This document shows positions 1 through 11,830 of a stretch of DNA of 64,000 nucleotides, in pieces (within the stretch, counting starts at the first letter, position 1; every line of letters starts with the position of its first letter). The DNA is from Octopus sinensis. Its lineage: Eukaryota. A program made the position numbers and the translations under genes. Below the pieces are notes generated by a model. It had not been told where the DNA came from and made no database searches. It was given only the letters and a program-made list of their open reading frames with translations. The stretch covers positions 62,124,001 to 62,188,000 of the forward strand of contig NC_043008.1 in the NCBI RefSeq assembly GCF_006345805.1, written 5' to 3'.

Positions 1-83
1 GTCGATATAATCGACGTAATCCGTTTGTCTGTCCTTCATTGTCCCCTCTGTGTTTAGTCCCTTGTGGGCAGTAAAGAAATAAG
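1..83 (+). mobile_element. SINE family A, 3' part (A1 tail), cut by the window edge
   Basis: Matches the tail of the full copies, e.g. 55046-55276 (…cccttgtgggcagtaaagaaata). Confidence 0.85.
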
Positions 84-470
84 AATGGAAGAGTCAAGGT
101 TCCCACTCCCGGTCTTATTCAGTGAGCTCACTTAGGAGAGAAGACCATGGGGTTGTCCTCTCTGAAGATACAAAGACCAACTCAAAGTAAATCTAAAAGC
201 CACTGGAATTGTGCCCAAATTGTTTGAAATACAAACCCTTGACCCCACCAAGTGGCAGCATTCCATCACCATCGGAACCAAAACCTTCGAAGCCACCGAA
301 AGAGAAAAAAAAGAAGAAAACAAGAGACAGGAGAGAAAGGCTTGACAAAATCAACCTCGTATTCCACCAACAATGCCATCTAGTCAATGCTATCTACTCT
401 TCTATGCAAGAATTGGTCTACAGAATCATCACCAGTATCACCATAAAAGAAGGGTTCTGCAAAGAAGAAA
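84..470 (+). mobile_element. Degenerate RTE/BovB-type LINE, C-terminal ORF remnant
   Basis: Translates with stops to SRFPLPVLFSELT*ERRPWGCPL*RYKDQLKVNLKATGI…FEATEREKKEENKRQERKA…C…RIGLQNH. This resembles the RTE C-terminus (RLPK..YGEL..G.R..G.P..RYKD.LK; RIGL.SH). Confidence 0.75.
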
Positions 471-883
471 ATAAATACTTGGATATTAGGTAAAGCTGAT
501 GACAATGAATGTTGAACTCCCAAGATCTAAAGGTTCTCTCTATCACTTCAAGATCTATTGAGTATGAATGTTTGAGCTATTACAAACGAGACCTAGTAAG
601 GCCTGATACGTTTTAAGCTGTGAAAGTGTTTGCCAATTATCAGATTCACTCGCTGCTACATGCTCTCATAAAACATTTATTCAATATTCGTTGCAGAGTT
701 ATCAAACTTGTCTTTCTTGATAAAAATTATCATGAATGTTAAGGACATTTCTATTCACTAGAGCTATGATTTTAATTGATTAAAGTATTTGCTTTCCTTG
801 GCTTCGTACGTTAAGTCATTAACCCTACATTTGTTTTTCAAATGACCTTGTCTTGGACTTAATCAAGTACATGTTTACACACA

Positions 884-922
<39 letters not shown>

Positions 923-1080
923 AACACATCCATAAACATCTGCATATATACACTTGCACACAAGTATCTATGCATATATATACATAATGATACATACATA
1001 TCTATCTATCTATCTATCTACATATATATATATAGGATAAACTTACTTGGAAATAGATGTGTGGCGTTCAATCAAATAAT

Positions 1081-1159
<79 letters not shown>

Positions 1160-1233
1160 ATATAATATTTATATCATTTGATTGAACACCACACATCTAT
1201 TCCCAAGTTTATCTTATATATATATATATTTGC

Positions 1234-1266
<33 letters not shown>

Positions 1267-1274
1267 GTGCATAT

Positions 1275-1324
<50 letters not shown>

Positions 1325-1489
1325 GCATGTATTTATGTACGTATGTATATTCTATATTGAGTGCAATAGCAATATACTACACGTTTGTATGTTGTTTATA
1401 GATGAGAGTAGCCTTGTTAATTAAATGCATCGATTCATATTATTTTTACTTCAATAAACCTCACTCTATAAGTGCAATTATTGCACAAC

Positions 1490-1512
1490 TTTATTTCTTT
1501 ATTGTATTTATT
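1490..1512 (-). promoter_or_regulatory. Cluster of three AATAAA polyadenylation signals for the candidate minus-strand gene
   Basis: tttatt on + at 1490-1495, 1498-1503 and 1507-1512, about 130-150 nt after the candidate stop. In AT-rich DNA this motif is common by chance. Confidence 0.3.
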
Positions 1513-1638
1513 TTTTTCTATGTTTGTGTTTTGTTGTTGTAGTTTTTTATCTTGTTTTTGTTTTTTTTGTGTTTTTCTGTTGTCTATATAAAACCACTTC
1601 TATTCATTCCACTACAATATTTCTCTTGGCAGCTTGAT

Positions 1639-1657
1639 TTAATACTGCCATGCCACA
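1639..1657 (-). CDS. Candidate terminal coding exon (…I)VAWQY* of a minus-strand multi-exon gene
   Basis: On the minus strand a ~130-nt pyrimidine tract ends in tttcaag|TGTGGCATGGCAGTATTAA. Three AATAAA hexamers follow on the minus strand at 1490-1512. The phase matches the 6319-6368 exon. Confidence 0.5.
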
Positions 1658-2186
1658 CTTGAAATTAATAAATAGAAACAGAAAGAAGAGATGAAGAGAT
1701 AGAAAGAAAGAGAAATAAATAATAAAATAAAATAAAATAAAATAATATATAATAATAAAAATAAGAATGAAATACAAGAAAATGGTGCAACTGTAATTTC
1801 CCATTTGTGTATCAAAAACAAAATTTATGATTGAAACTTTATTGACAACTATTCTTTAATTTCATATTAGTTTGATGCTTTCTAAAACTGGACCATATGA
1901 AGGGTCATATAGCTTCCAATAAGTTGGTCTTTGTTAACATTTTTTCCCTTATTATTTTCCAATAAACATCCTTAATCATGAAAACAAAGCTGCAGATAAA
2001 AACAGCAATAAGATATATTTTAGTCAATTTTTTCGAATATTACTTTCTACTCAAGATTCTCTGATGATTTATTTATTCGTTTAGTTATTCCATTCACAAT
2101 TAGAATTTATTTCTGTTACCATTTTCTCTGGCATGACATTCTAGGTGTGTTATCTGTTTTTGGAACTCTCTCAATCATTATTCCCA

Positions 2187-2403
2187 TATTCTTTTCTACT
2201 CTAGGCACAAGGCCTGAAATTTTGGGTTAGGAAGCCAGTCAATTAGATCGACCTCAGTACACAACTGGTACATAATTTATCAACCCCGGAAGGATGAAAG
2301 GCAAAGTTGACCTTGGCAGGAAATTGAACTCAGAATGTAAAGACAGACGAAATACTGCTAAGCATTTTACCCAGCATGCTAATGTTTCTGTCAGCTGCCA
2401 TCC
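2187..2403 (-). mobile_element. SINE family A monomer with A2 tail
   Basis: tRNA-like head with a gagttcaa B-box-like motif, core gactttgcctttcatcc(t)tc(c)ggggt(c)gata, and tail aggccttgtgcctagagtagaaaagaata. Confidence 0.85.
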
Positions 2404-2691
2404 TTCGTTATTTCCATATTATTATTTTTATTGGGAAGGCAAGGAGCTGGCAGAATTGTAAACACACTGGTCACAATGCTTGTAAAGTACTAGAACAAAT
2501 ACGATATGATATTTTCCCTTGACACTCTAAAAATTCTGCTCCCTCACTACCCTTCATATTAGTTTCTGATCTAAGCCCATCCTTTAAAATTGCTGGCACT
2601 GTGCATGGTGTTGTTGAGTTAGAACACTTTACATTCTGATTTTCAGTTTTGTCAAGGGCAACTACATTGTGCCTATGAAAGAAAAGATTTA

Positions 2692-3143
2692 TATTTATTT
2701 CTTTATTGCCCAAAGGGCAGTGGGAAGGAATAAATATAGAGGGGACTAACAAGGACAGACAAAGGGATTAAGTTGATTACATCGACCCCAGTACATAACT
2801 GGTACTTGTTTTATCGAATGAAAGGCAAAGCTGACCTCAGCAGTATTTGAACTCAGAACGTAACCTCAGACGAGATATCGCTAAACATTTCACCCGGCAT
2901 GCTAACGATTCTTATTTCTTTATTGCCCACAAGGGACTAAACACAGAGGGGACAAACAAGGACAGACGAACGGATTAAGTCGATCATATCGACCCCAGTG
3001 CGCAACTGGTACCTATTTAATCGACCCCGAAAGGATGAAAGGCAAAGTCGACCTTGGCGGAATTTGAACTCAGAACGTAACGGCAGACGAAACACGGCTA
3101 CGCATTTCGTCCGGCATGCTAACGATTCTGCCAGTTCACTGCT
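2692..3143 (-). mobile_element. Two tandem SINE A copies (A1 tails), junction at about 2910
   Basis: Two consecutive ~220-bp head-core-A1 units. Confidence 0.85.
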
Positions 3144-3325
3144 CTAGAAATGATTTATATTTATACTCATAAGAAATTATTAAGATATAATTAACACTTA
3201 TGTCAAATTCTGTCCTTTTAATCTTTTTCTCTTTCTTATTCTTTCTTTTCCGTTTCTTTGTCTCTTGCTTTCCATATTTCTTTATAAATCATTTTCATTC
3301 ATACTTCTTTTTTTTCTTTTTTTTT

Positions 3326-3729
3326 CTTTTACTTGTTTCAGTCATTTGACTGCGGCCATGCTGGAGCACCGCCTTTAGTCGAGCAAATCGACCCTGGGAC
3401 TTATTCTTTGTAAGCCCAGTACTTATTCTATTGGTCTCTTTTTGCCGAGCCGCTAAGTGACGGGGATGTAAACACACCAGCATCAGTTGTCAAGAGATGT
3501 TGGGGGGGGGGGGCAAAAACACAGACACACAAACATACACACATGTATATATATATACATATATACGACAGGCTTCTTTCAGTTTCCGTCTACCAAATCC
3601 ACTCACAAGGCATTGGTCGGCCCGAGGCTATAGTAGAAGACACTTGCCCAAGATGCCATGCAGTGCGACTGAACCCAGAACCATGTGGTTGGTTAGCTAG
3701 CTACTTACCACACAGCCACTCCTGCGCCT
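3326..3729 (-). mobile_element. SINE family B (tRNA head, accttgggcaag CORE-like segment, internal microsatellite, (aaaagagt)n tail)
   Basis: Head aggcgcaggagtggctgtgtggtaag…gggttcagtc. More than 15 related copies occur in the window. Confidence 0.9.
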
Positions 3730-4244
3730 GTGATTTTTTCTTTTAATTGTCTATTTCTGTTTTTTTACTGTCTTTTGTTTTGTCATTCACTCTTTTCTTC
3801 TTCCTCTTTGCTGTCCTTTTAATCTATTACTTTCTTATTCATTAAAATATCTCTCCTTCTTTCAATTTTTAAATCCTTCTTTTCTTCCTATATTTCCTTG
3901 TTTCTTAATCTCATTCTCTTATTTCTATTCCTTCTTTATTCCTTCTTTATTTCCCACTTATTTCCTTCCTTCTTTTTTACAATTTTTTTTTAATGTCCTC
4001 CTTTCTGATATCTCAGATACCTCTCAAAACTATGATGTCATTTGTTATCAATTTTTCCTGAAAGCATTTCTAAATTTCATCCTGTGGTGTGGCTTGCGCA
4101 GGTTGGTTATGAACAGAGTGTCATCTTTGCTAAAAACAATGTTATTTCTCAGTGGAAACATATCTGGGATTCTTTGTTCTTCAACAGATTGAAAGAATTA
4201 TTATCTTACTTGGAAATAGGTGGAAGCTAATGGGATGAGATGAA

Positions 4245-4505
4245 GAGCATCTGGCCATAGAAAATTCTACCTCATCCCCCCAAAAAATTCAAAGATGGAA
4301 AAGTTGACAATGAAACACTGATGATAATAGTACTGATGGAGTGGGTAGATGATGATGAGGAGGACATTGGTAATGAGGAAGATGATGATGATTGTGGTGG
4401 TGATGGTGACGATGGATGTGGGGGTGACAGGTGTGATGATGGTATTGCTGATGGTGGCATTGGAGGTAGCAGCAACAATGAGGATTATAATGGTGATGAT
4501 AATGA
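4245..4505 (+). repeat. Degenerate RTE-type 3' end with an expanded (GAT/GGT)n tail
   Basis: gaagagcatctggccatagaaa resembles the family C motif gaagggcatccagctgtagaaa and is followed by a GAT-rich tract. Confidence 0.5.
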
Positions 4506-4744
4506 TATCGTTTTGTTCTCTAATTAAAAAACTACAAAAGCATAGTTCAAATGATTTATGGTTATGGAACAGAACAAAGCAATACCCACTTAAATTTCAT
4601 TTCTCAAATAATATTTATACATTTTTCAAAATTTAAGTAATATAGAGAAATCGTGACAATATATGACAAAATTCTTTTCTTTTCCTTTTCTTTATTAACT
4701 TTATTGTATTACTGAGATTGAAAAATCCAAAAGTGCATTTACAT

Positions 4745-4930
4745 ATATTACAGATATGTATATATGTATATATATGTATGTATATATATACACACATATA
4801 TATATATATATATATGCATGTGTGTATATGTATGTATATATATATATACATTATATATATTATATATATTATATATATATATATACATTATATATATTAT
4901 ATATATATATATATAATATATATATATATA

Positions 4931-4983
<53 letters not shown>

Positions 4984-4990
4984 TATATGT
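4745..4990. repeat. (TA)n compound microsatellite
   Basis: Direct inspection. Confidence 0.95.
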
Positions 4991-5379
4991 ACTGTTCCTT
5001 GAAGAAAATTCAACAAAAAAAGTAAGAGATAATAATATTTAAGTTCACAATACATGTATTAAAGCACCACTAAATATTTAATATCTTTCCTGACTGACTT
5101 GATATCCTTCCAACCTGATCATTTAAGGTCTAAAGAGGTTAGCTCTTTTACCCTTTATTTTTGACATTTTAGTTTTGCTTTTTGTTTTCCCTTATCTACT
5201 GTCTGTATTTTCTATATGCTGCCTTCTCAGTTTATTGCACGTTTCTTCTATTAGTCAACCTCTTTAGTTCATTATGATATTTGGTCTGTGCCTGAAGAAT
5301 ATGTTTCAGTTTTCACAACATATGAAACTATTAGTAGTGCTTTAATACAAATATTGTGCCATTAAATAAAGAGTATATA

Positions 5380-5880
5380 TGAGATATGCAGTGCTTGAGA
5401 AGAGCCAATAAACCAAGTGAGACCGTAGCCATGGCTTATGCCAGTGTCACATAACTGCCCCATTTAAGAGTACCCTTCAATCACTGGGCAATATGCTGTG
5501 CTTGAGATAACCTGTTGAGTCAAGTGAAATCATTGTTGTGACTGATGCCAATACCATCTGACTGGCACCAGTGCTGGTGGCACATAAAAAGTACCATACA
5601 AATGTGGTTGGTGCCAGTGCCACCTAACTGGTCCTGTGCCAGTGATACGTAAAAAGTGCCATTTGAGTGTAGTCAATGCCAGTGCTGCCTGACTGGCTCC
5701 CATGCTGGTAGCATGTACAAAGAACCTACTACACTCTCAAAGATGTTAAGAAGGGCAGCATTTTGTAGAAAAATTGCCAGATTAGAATGGAGCCTGGTGC
5801 AATCTCCTGGCTTGCCAGTCCTTAGTCAAACCATGCTAGCATGGAAAGCAGATGTTAAGTGATGATGGTGATGATGATAA

Positions 5881-5885
<5 letters not shown>
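5380..5885 (+). mobile_element. RTE-type LINE 3' end (family C), longest copy: end of ORF plus repeat-bearing 3' UTR plus (GAT)n
   Basis: Begins (g)aga tat gca gtg ctt gag aag (…RYAVLEK), contains three gccagt…actggc/gtggcac.taaaaag units, and ends catgctagcatggaaagcagatgttaagtgatgatg. Confidence 0.8.
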
Positions 5886-5915
<30 letters not shown>

Positions 5916-6103
5916 TAAACCTAATTTGGAAACTTACCTATATATATATACATCGTAGTGGTCTCAAATGATTTGAGATTATACCCCGAATTCTCCTCCT
6001 GGACTAGGAGGCTTTAAAGAAAATCCAACACTAGCTGACATGGAGGTAGTAATGCAAATAATTGCAATTATGCTTCACACATATACACTCTGCCTCTCTC
6101 TCA

Positions 6104-6158
<55 letters not shown>

Positions 6159-6318
6159 ATATACACACTTACTGTTAACCAAATTGATAATCATAACTTA
6201 CCTTAAGGTATGGATAAACTAAATTTAACTCTAGCCTCCCCCATTCTTATAAGAATGAAATATCTAATTTGCTATGTGAGTATATGTGTGCCAAACCTAC
6301 ACGTGTGCATCAACTTAC

Positions 6319-6368
6319 ATTATTATGGATATTTGTACGAGCAAGTGTACGTACACTATACAACCTAA
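6319..6368 (-). CDS. Candidate internal exon, 50 nt, LGCIVYVHLLVQISII(I): hydrophobic, TM- or GPI-signal-like
   Basis: gcctacag|…|gtaagttg splice sites in non-repeat sequence. Open in phase 0 and ends in phase 2, joining 1639-1657. A second frame (RLYSVRTLARTNIHNN) is also open. Confidence 0.55.
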
Positions 6369-6849
6369 CTGTAGGCATTTATACACCCATATCTGTTAAA
6401 GGTTATATCTAATGCATTTTCTGCTGCATTGTGTATTCCTTTCTTCTTGCATCTCTTATTTATTAATCTTCTACAAAAATGAAGCTGTATCCTTTAATTT
6501 GTTACTTTTCTATACACAAACTGAGAAGATATCTTGCGGAACAGTTGTTATTTTAATGAAATATATCTTGTAATCACTTGAAGAGACACATCTACATCGA
6601 CAGATGATCCTAAACTAGTTTTGTTAAGTATCCCAGTTTTGTTGAATGAGGGATCGATGCTAGATGGGTTGAAACAATTGTAGTGATTAATAAACATTCT
6701 CATATATTCCATTTTCAGTTTCTATCATTAATTAACAATATATATAGATAGATAGACAGATAGATATCGTCAATGTATCATATATCCAAAAAAGATGCAC
6801 ACACTAAAGCACAGAGCAGTGATGTATTTATAAACAGATAACATGAACA

Positions 6850-7215
6850 TGAACGTCGAAATAAATATCAATGGAAATAGTAGTTGTGATGCCTGTGCCG
6901 GTGGCACATAAAAAGCACCATCCGAACGTTGCCAGCGCCGCCTTGGCTGGCTTCCGTGCTGCTGGCACGTTAAAAGCTCCAACCGATCATGGCCAATGCC
7001 GGACCCCCCTGGCACCTGTGCAGGTGGCACGTAAAAAGCACCCACTACACTCGCAGAGTGGTTGGCGTTAGGAAGGGCATCCAGCCGTAGAAACTCTGCC
7101 AGATCGGACTGGAGCCTGGAGTAGCCCCTGGCTTCCCAGACCCCGGTCGAACCATCCAACCCGTGCTAGCGCGGAAAACGGACGTTAAACGATGATGATG
7201 ATGATGATGATGATG
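6850..7215 (+). mobile_element. Family C RTE 3' end, 5'-truncated
   Basis: ttaggaagggcatccagccgtagaaac…gcggaaaacggacgttaaac(gat)n. Confidence 0.85.
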
Positions 7216-7559
7216 TAAGACAGTGTCCGGTCATAGAATGACCACATCCACAAAAGGCATGATTGTCTCATGATTGTCTCATCAAATGCTAAAACTGAAG
7301 ACAAATGTAACTCTTGCCTCTGGAAGCAAGAATCCATTATGGTAATGGATTCTTGCCTCCCATAGGTGAAGAGTTACATTTGTCTTCGGTTTTAGAGTCT
7401 GATAGTGATCAACGCACACACTCACCCCCGCCACACACACAAACACACACACAAACATGCGCACCTACAAATATATAGACACAGCATTTCAAATTATTAA
7501 CAATGTGACATTTTTTCTTTACATTATTTTAAAACTACTTGCTGGAATTCAATGAAAGT

Positions 7560-7968
7560 TCCACAGAATGATGGCAACAGTTACATGCGTGTGCTGTGTA
7601 AAAGACGTGAGGTTTTACACAAGCGTAAACAAACTGTGGCGATTTGCATGATTTGCACGAACTTTCAGTGTTCCAAATTATTAACGAATGGTCTGATAAT
7701 CATAATTATGGGTCGTTAATGTAACTTAACAGCTACAGAGAAATCTGGTATAACTTCTAACTTGCAGAAGTTAAAATCAACATTAGAAATATCTTAAATA
7801 ATTGGAAAATATCACCAAACTTTGAAAGCTTGCAAGTCTACCAGATAGATGGAAGAGCATTGTAGAAAATGAAGGAGAGTATATTTTAGATTGAAAAAGA
7901 AATTTGTTTATGTAAATTTTGAAGAAATAAACGAAGTATTAAAAAAGCTGCATTATTTATAGGATGAC

Positions 7969-7973
<5 letters not shown>
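7560..7973 (+). mobile_element. Mariner transposon 3' remnant
   Basis: 7838-7894 encodes LPDRWKSIVENEGEYILD*, like the mariner C-terminal LP.RW..V....G.Y motif. A TIR-like end, ttatttataggatgacccaa, is followed by TA. No left TIR was found. Confidence 0.65.
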
Positions 7974-8012
<39 letters not shown>

Positions 8013-8026
8013 TATACATATATATA

Positions 8027-8695
<669 letters not shown>

Positions 8696-8708
8696 ATATA
8701 TATGTATA

Positions 8709-8924
8709 CAGGGTTGGTTAAAAGTCACCTGACAGTAAATCAAAACTATTTAATTCCCAGATTTATTAATGTTTAACAACTGAATGAATTTAATAAAAGC
8801 ATCTAAATATGAAGCATCATAAAAATTGTTCAAACTGAAGTCCTTCTTGAGCAACACAATACAGAATTACAGATAGTATTTATGGAATTTTGATTTACTG
8901 TCGGGTGACTTCTGGCCAACCCTG
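8709..8924. mobile_element. Tc1/mariner-type MITE, 216 bp, 37-bp TIRs, TA TSD
   Basis: TA-CAGGGTTGGTTAAAAGTCACCTGACAGTAAATCAAAA … TTTTGATTTACTGTCGGGTGACTTCTGGCCAACCCTG-TA. Confidence 0.9.
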
Positions 8925-9161
8925 TATGTGTGTGTAGATCGCTAGCCACAAAATCTTTTTCTATTTTCTCTCCCTGTTTATTTCCGTGTTCCTTTCTGTC
9001 AAAGAGCGTAGGCTCAAAATGTAAAAGACTTTCTAACTTACCAAGTGCTACACTAATACATCTGTTAGTCGTTTGCACACCCATTTTCGTCTTTTGTTTG
9101 TTTGTTTTTGTAAATTCTCACTATATATATATGGCAATTAATTTGTGTTGTTGGATGGTAC

Positions 9162-9393
9162 CTATTTCTTATTACCCACAAGGGGCTAAACATAGAGGGG
9201 ACAAACAAGGACAGACATAGGTATTAAGTCGATTAAATCGACCCCAGTGCGGAACTGGTACTTAATTTTTCGACCCCGAAAGGATGAAAGGCAAAGTCAA
9301 CCTCGGCGAAATTTTGAACTCTGAATGTAACGACAGACGAAATACCGCTAAGTATTTCATCCGGCATGCTAACGTTTCTGCCAGCTCGCCACC
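9162..9393 (-). mobile_element. SINE family A (A1 tail)
   Basis: Full head-core-tail match to the other copies. Confidence 0.9.
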
Positions 9394-9427
9394 TTCTATT
9401 GTTGAATGATACCTATCTCACATTTAC

Positions 9428-9484
9428 TTTCATCCCTGCATCATAATAAATTTTCAGGCAAGCCATGCATCCATCGTCACAAGA
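9428..9484 (-). CDS. Candidate internal exon, 57 nt, SCDDGCMACLKIYYDAGMK (Cys-rich)
   Basis: ttcttttgtgtattgtaaag|…|gtaaat (an alternative in-frame gtgaga donor lies 6 nt further). Only phase 0 is open, which is compatible with the next exon. Confidence 0.5.
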
Positions 9485-10214
9485 CTTTACAATACACAAA
9501 AGAAATCAAGAAGTGAAATGATAGTGAGACATTTGTACATCATTATTGAGTTTAAGGGACAAAACCCTGTTCAAGACTTTTACTGCCCTCTTGGTACCAA
9601 AGTATGTTCCAGTGGCAAGTATTGCAAGATGGCTGGTACTGTTTTAACAGCAAGTTTTATCATGTTAGAGAACTATGTTGTATGGAAATATGCCTTCCTA
9701 ATGACTTTGTCAAAATTAACAGGAGCTTCCTCTACTCCCGGGGATTCCGTTTAACCAATTGATGGGATCCTGACGGGTATTGTTATTTTTGGTTAGAACA
9801 GACCTGAGATGACTCCTTAATACCAACAACTCCTCAATTCCTGAAATGGAGGCTCACCACTAGATGCTGTTTAATATCGTATCACAGACACATACATATA
9901 TATAAATAGATAGATACATCTTTAAGTAAAAATTGCATATATACATACACAAATTCACATAGATATATGTCATCATCATCATCGTTTAGCGTCCGCTTTC
10001 CATGCTAGCATGGATTATACACATGTCAAGTCAGTCATCTCATCATCAGAAGCAGCAGCTGCAACAACAGCTATTTAACATCTACTATTTTTCCATATTT
10101 TCATAGGCAAATGGGATTTAAGGAGACAGATTTTGTATGGTTAAGTATATAAAAATATACACCATCATCATCTTCATTATCATTCTTTAGCATTTTTTCT
10201 TTATACTTACATAT

Positions 10215-10244
10215 TTGTATGTGTGTGTGTGTGTGTGTGCTTAA

Positions 10245-10277
<33 letters not shown>

Positions 10278-10664
10278 TGTATTCATGTATACATATAATG
10301 TATATATGCACATGTGTATGTATGCATATATTTATATACATATATGCATATATATACACAAACATATATATCATATATATGTGTGTGTGTGTATATATAT
10401 GCATGCATACATATAGATATATACATATATATATACAATATACATATATATATATATGTGTATATATATATATATATACACACATATATGTATTCATGTA
10501 TACATATAATGTATATATGCACATGTGTATGTATGCATATATTTATATACATATATGCATATATATACACAAACATATATATCATATATATGTGTGTGTG
10601 TGTATATATATGCATGCATACATATAGATATATACATATATATATACAAATATACATATATATA

Positions 10665-10704
<40 letters not shown>

Positions 10705-10790
10705 CATGTATACAATAATGCATATATATGCATGTGTATACATATATACATATATAAATATATGTATACATGTTAATTCATACATGTGTA
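10215..10790. repeat. Compound TA/CA/TG microsatellite containing a 211-bp tandem duplication
   Basis: attcatgtatacatataatg… recurs at 10281 and 10492. Confidence 0.9.
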
Positions 10791-11175
10791 TATAAATAAA
10801 AGTATCCATGCACACATAGATGCAAATATCCTCACACTCTCTCATACACACACACACGCACACACACTCACACACACTCACACACATCCATTCATCCATA
10901 CATCCTCCTATTATAAAACAGCATAAGTCTTTTAGCATGTACTATAAAAGAATTAGCAGTGACTAATCAACAATAATTACATGTATTACCATGATCTATG
11001 TCATATTAATTTTATGTCTTTACTTCTTACATAACGAAAGTGGCTCAGGATCACTCCTCTGTGTCACTTTACAATTCCATCAACACGCTACTTAAATGGG
11101 AATCGTGTCAGTTGTGGCAGTGCATTCGGCATAAAACACAATCAACCTGTATAGGAACGTAAGAACAAAAAAAGA

Positions 11176-11176
11176 A

Positions 11177-11253
<77 letters not shown>

Positions 11254-11309
11254 TAATAGTAATAAAAATGATAACAAGAAGCTACATCAACAACCATAAT
11301 AATAATAAC

Positions 11310-11340
<31 letters not shown>

Positions 11341-11422
11341 TTAATAATAAGAATAATAATAATAACAATAATAATAGAAGTAAAAATGATAGCAAGAAGC
11401 TACATCAACAACCATAATAATA

Positions 11423-11470
<48 letters not shown>

Positions 11471-11664
11471 TAATAATAATAATAACAATAATAATAGTAA
11501 TAAAAATGATAGCAACAAGCTACATCAACAACCATAATAATAATAATAATGATGATGACGATGATGATGACGACGACGATGACGATGATGATGATGATGA
11601 TGATGACGATGACGATGATGATGATGGTGATGATGACAATGATGATGATGATGACGACGATGAC

Positions 11665-11697
<33 letters not shown>

Positions 11698-11830
11698 TAT
11701 GATGACGACGACGATGATGATGATGATGATGAAGAAGATGATGATAATGACGACGATGATGACGGCGACGATGATGATGATGATGATGAGGAGGAGGAGG
11801 AGGAGGAGAGGAGGACGACGACGACGACGA
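11176..11830. repeat. (AAT)n with three ~118-120-bp higher-order units, followed by (GAT/GAC)n and (GAG)n
   Basis: The spacer aaaaatgatagcaagaagctacatcaacaaccataat occurs at about 11264, 11382 and 11502. Confidence 0.95.

Noticed and set aside
209-493. 94-aa ORF MCPNCLKYKPLTPP…
   Set aside because: It is an off-frame reading of the decayed RTE LINE that occupies the same bases.
4016-4230. Plus-strand exon-like stretch (DTSQNYDVICYQFFLKAFLNFILWCGLR…) resembling tetraspanin TM1, after a long pyrimidine tract
   Set aside because: It is on the opposite strand from the candidate exon chain, has only weak donors and no compatible partner exons, and several frames are open. T-rich DNA readily yields hydrophobic peptides.
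11260-11540. CRISPR-like repeat-spacer appearance
   Set aside because: The 'spacers' are (AAT)n microsatellite, the context is eukaryotic, and there are no cas genes.
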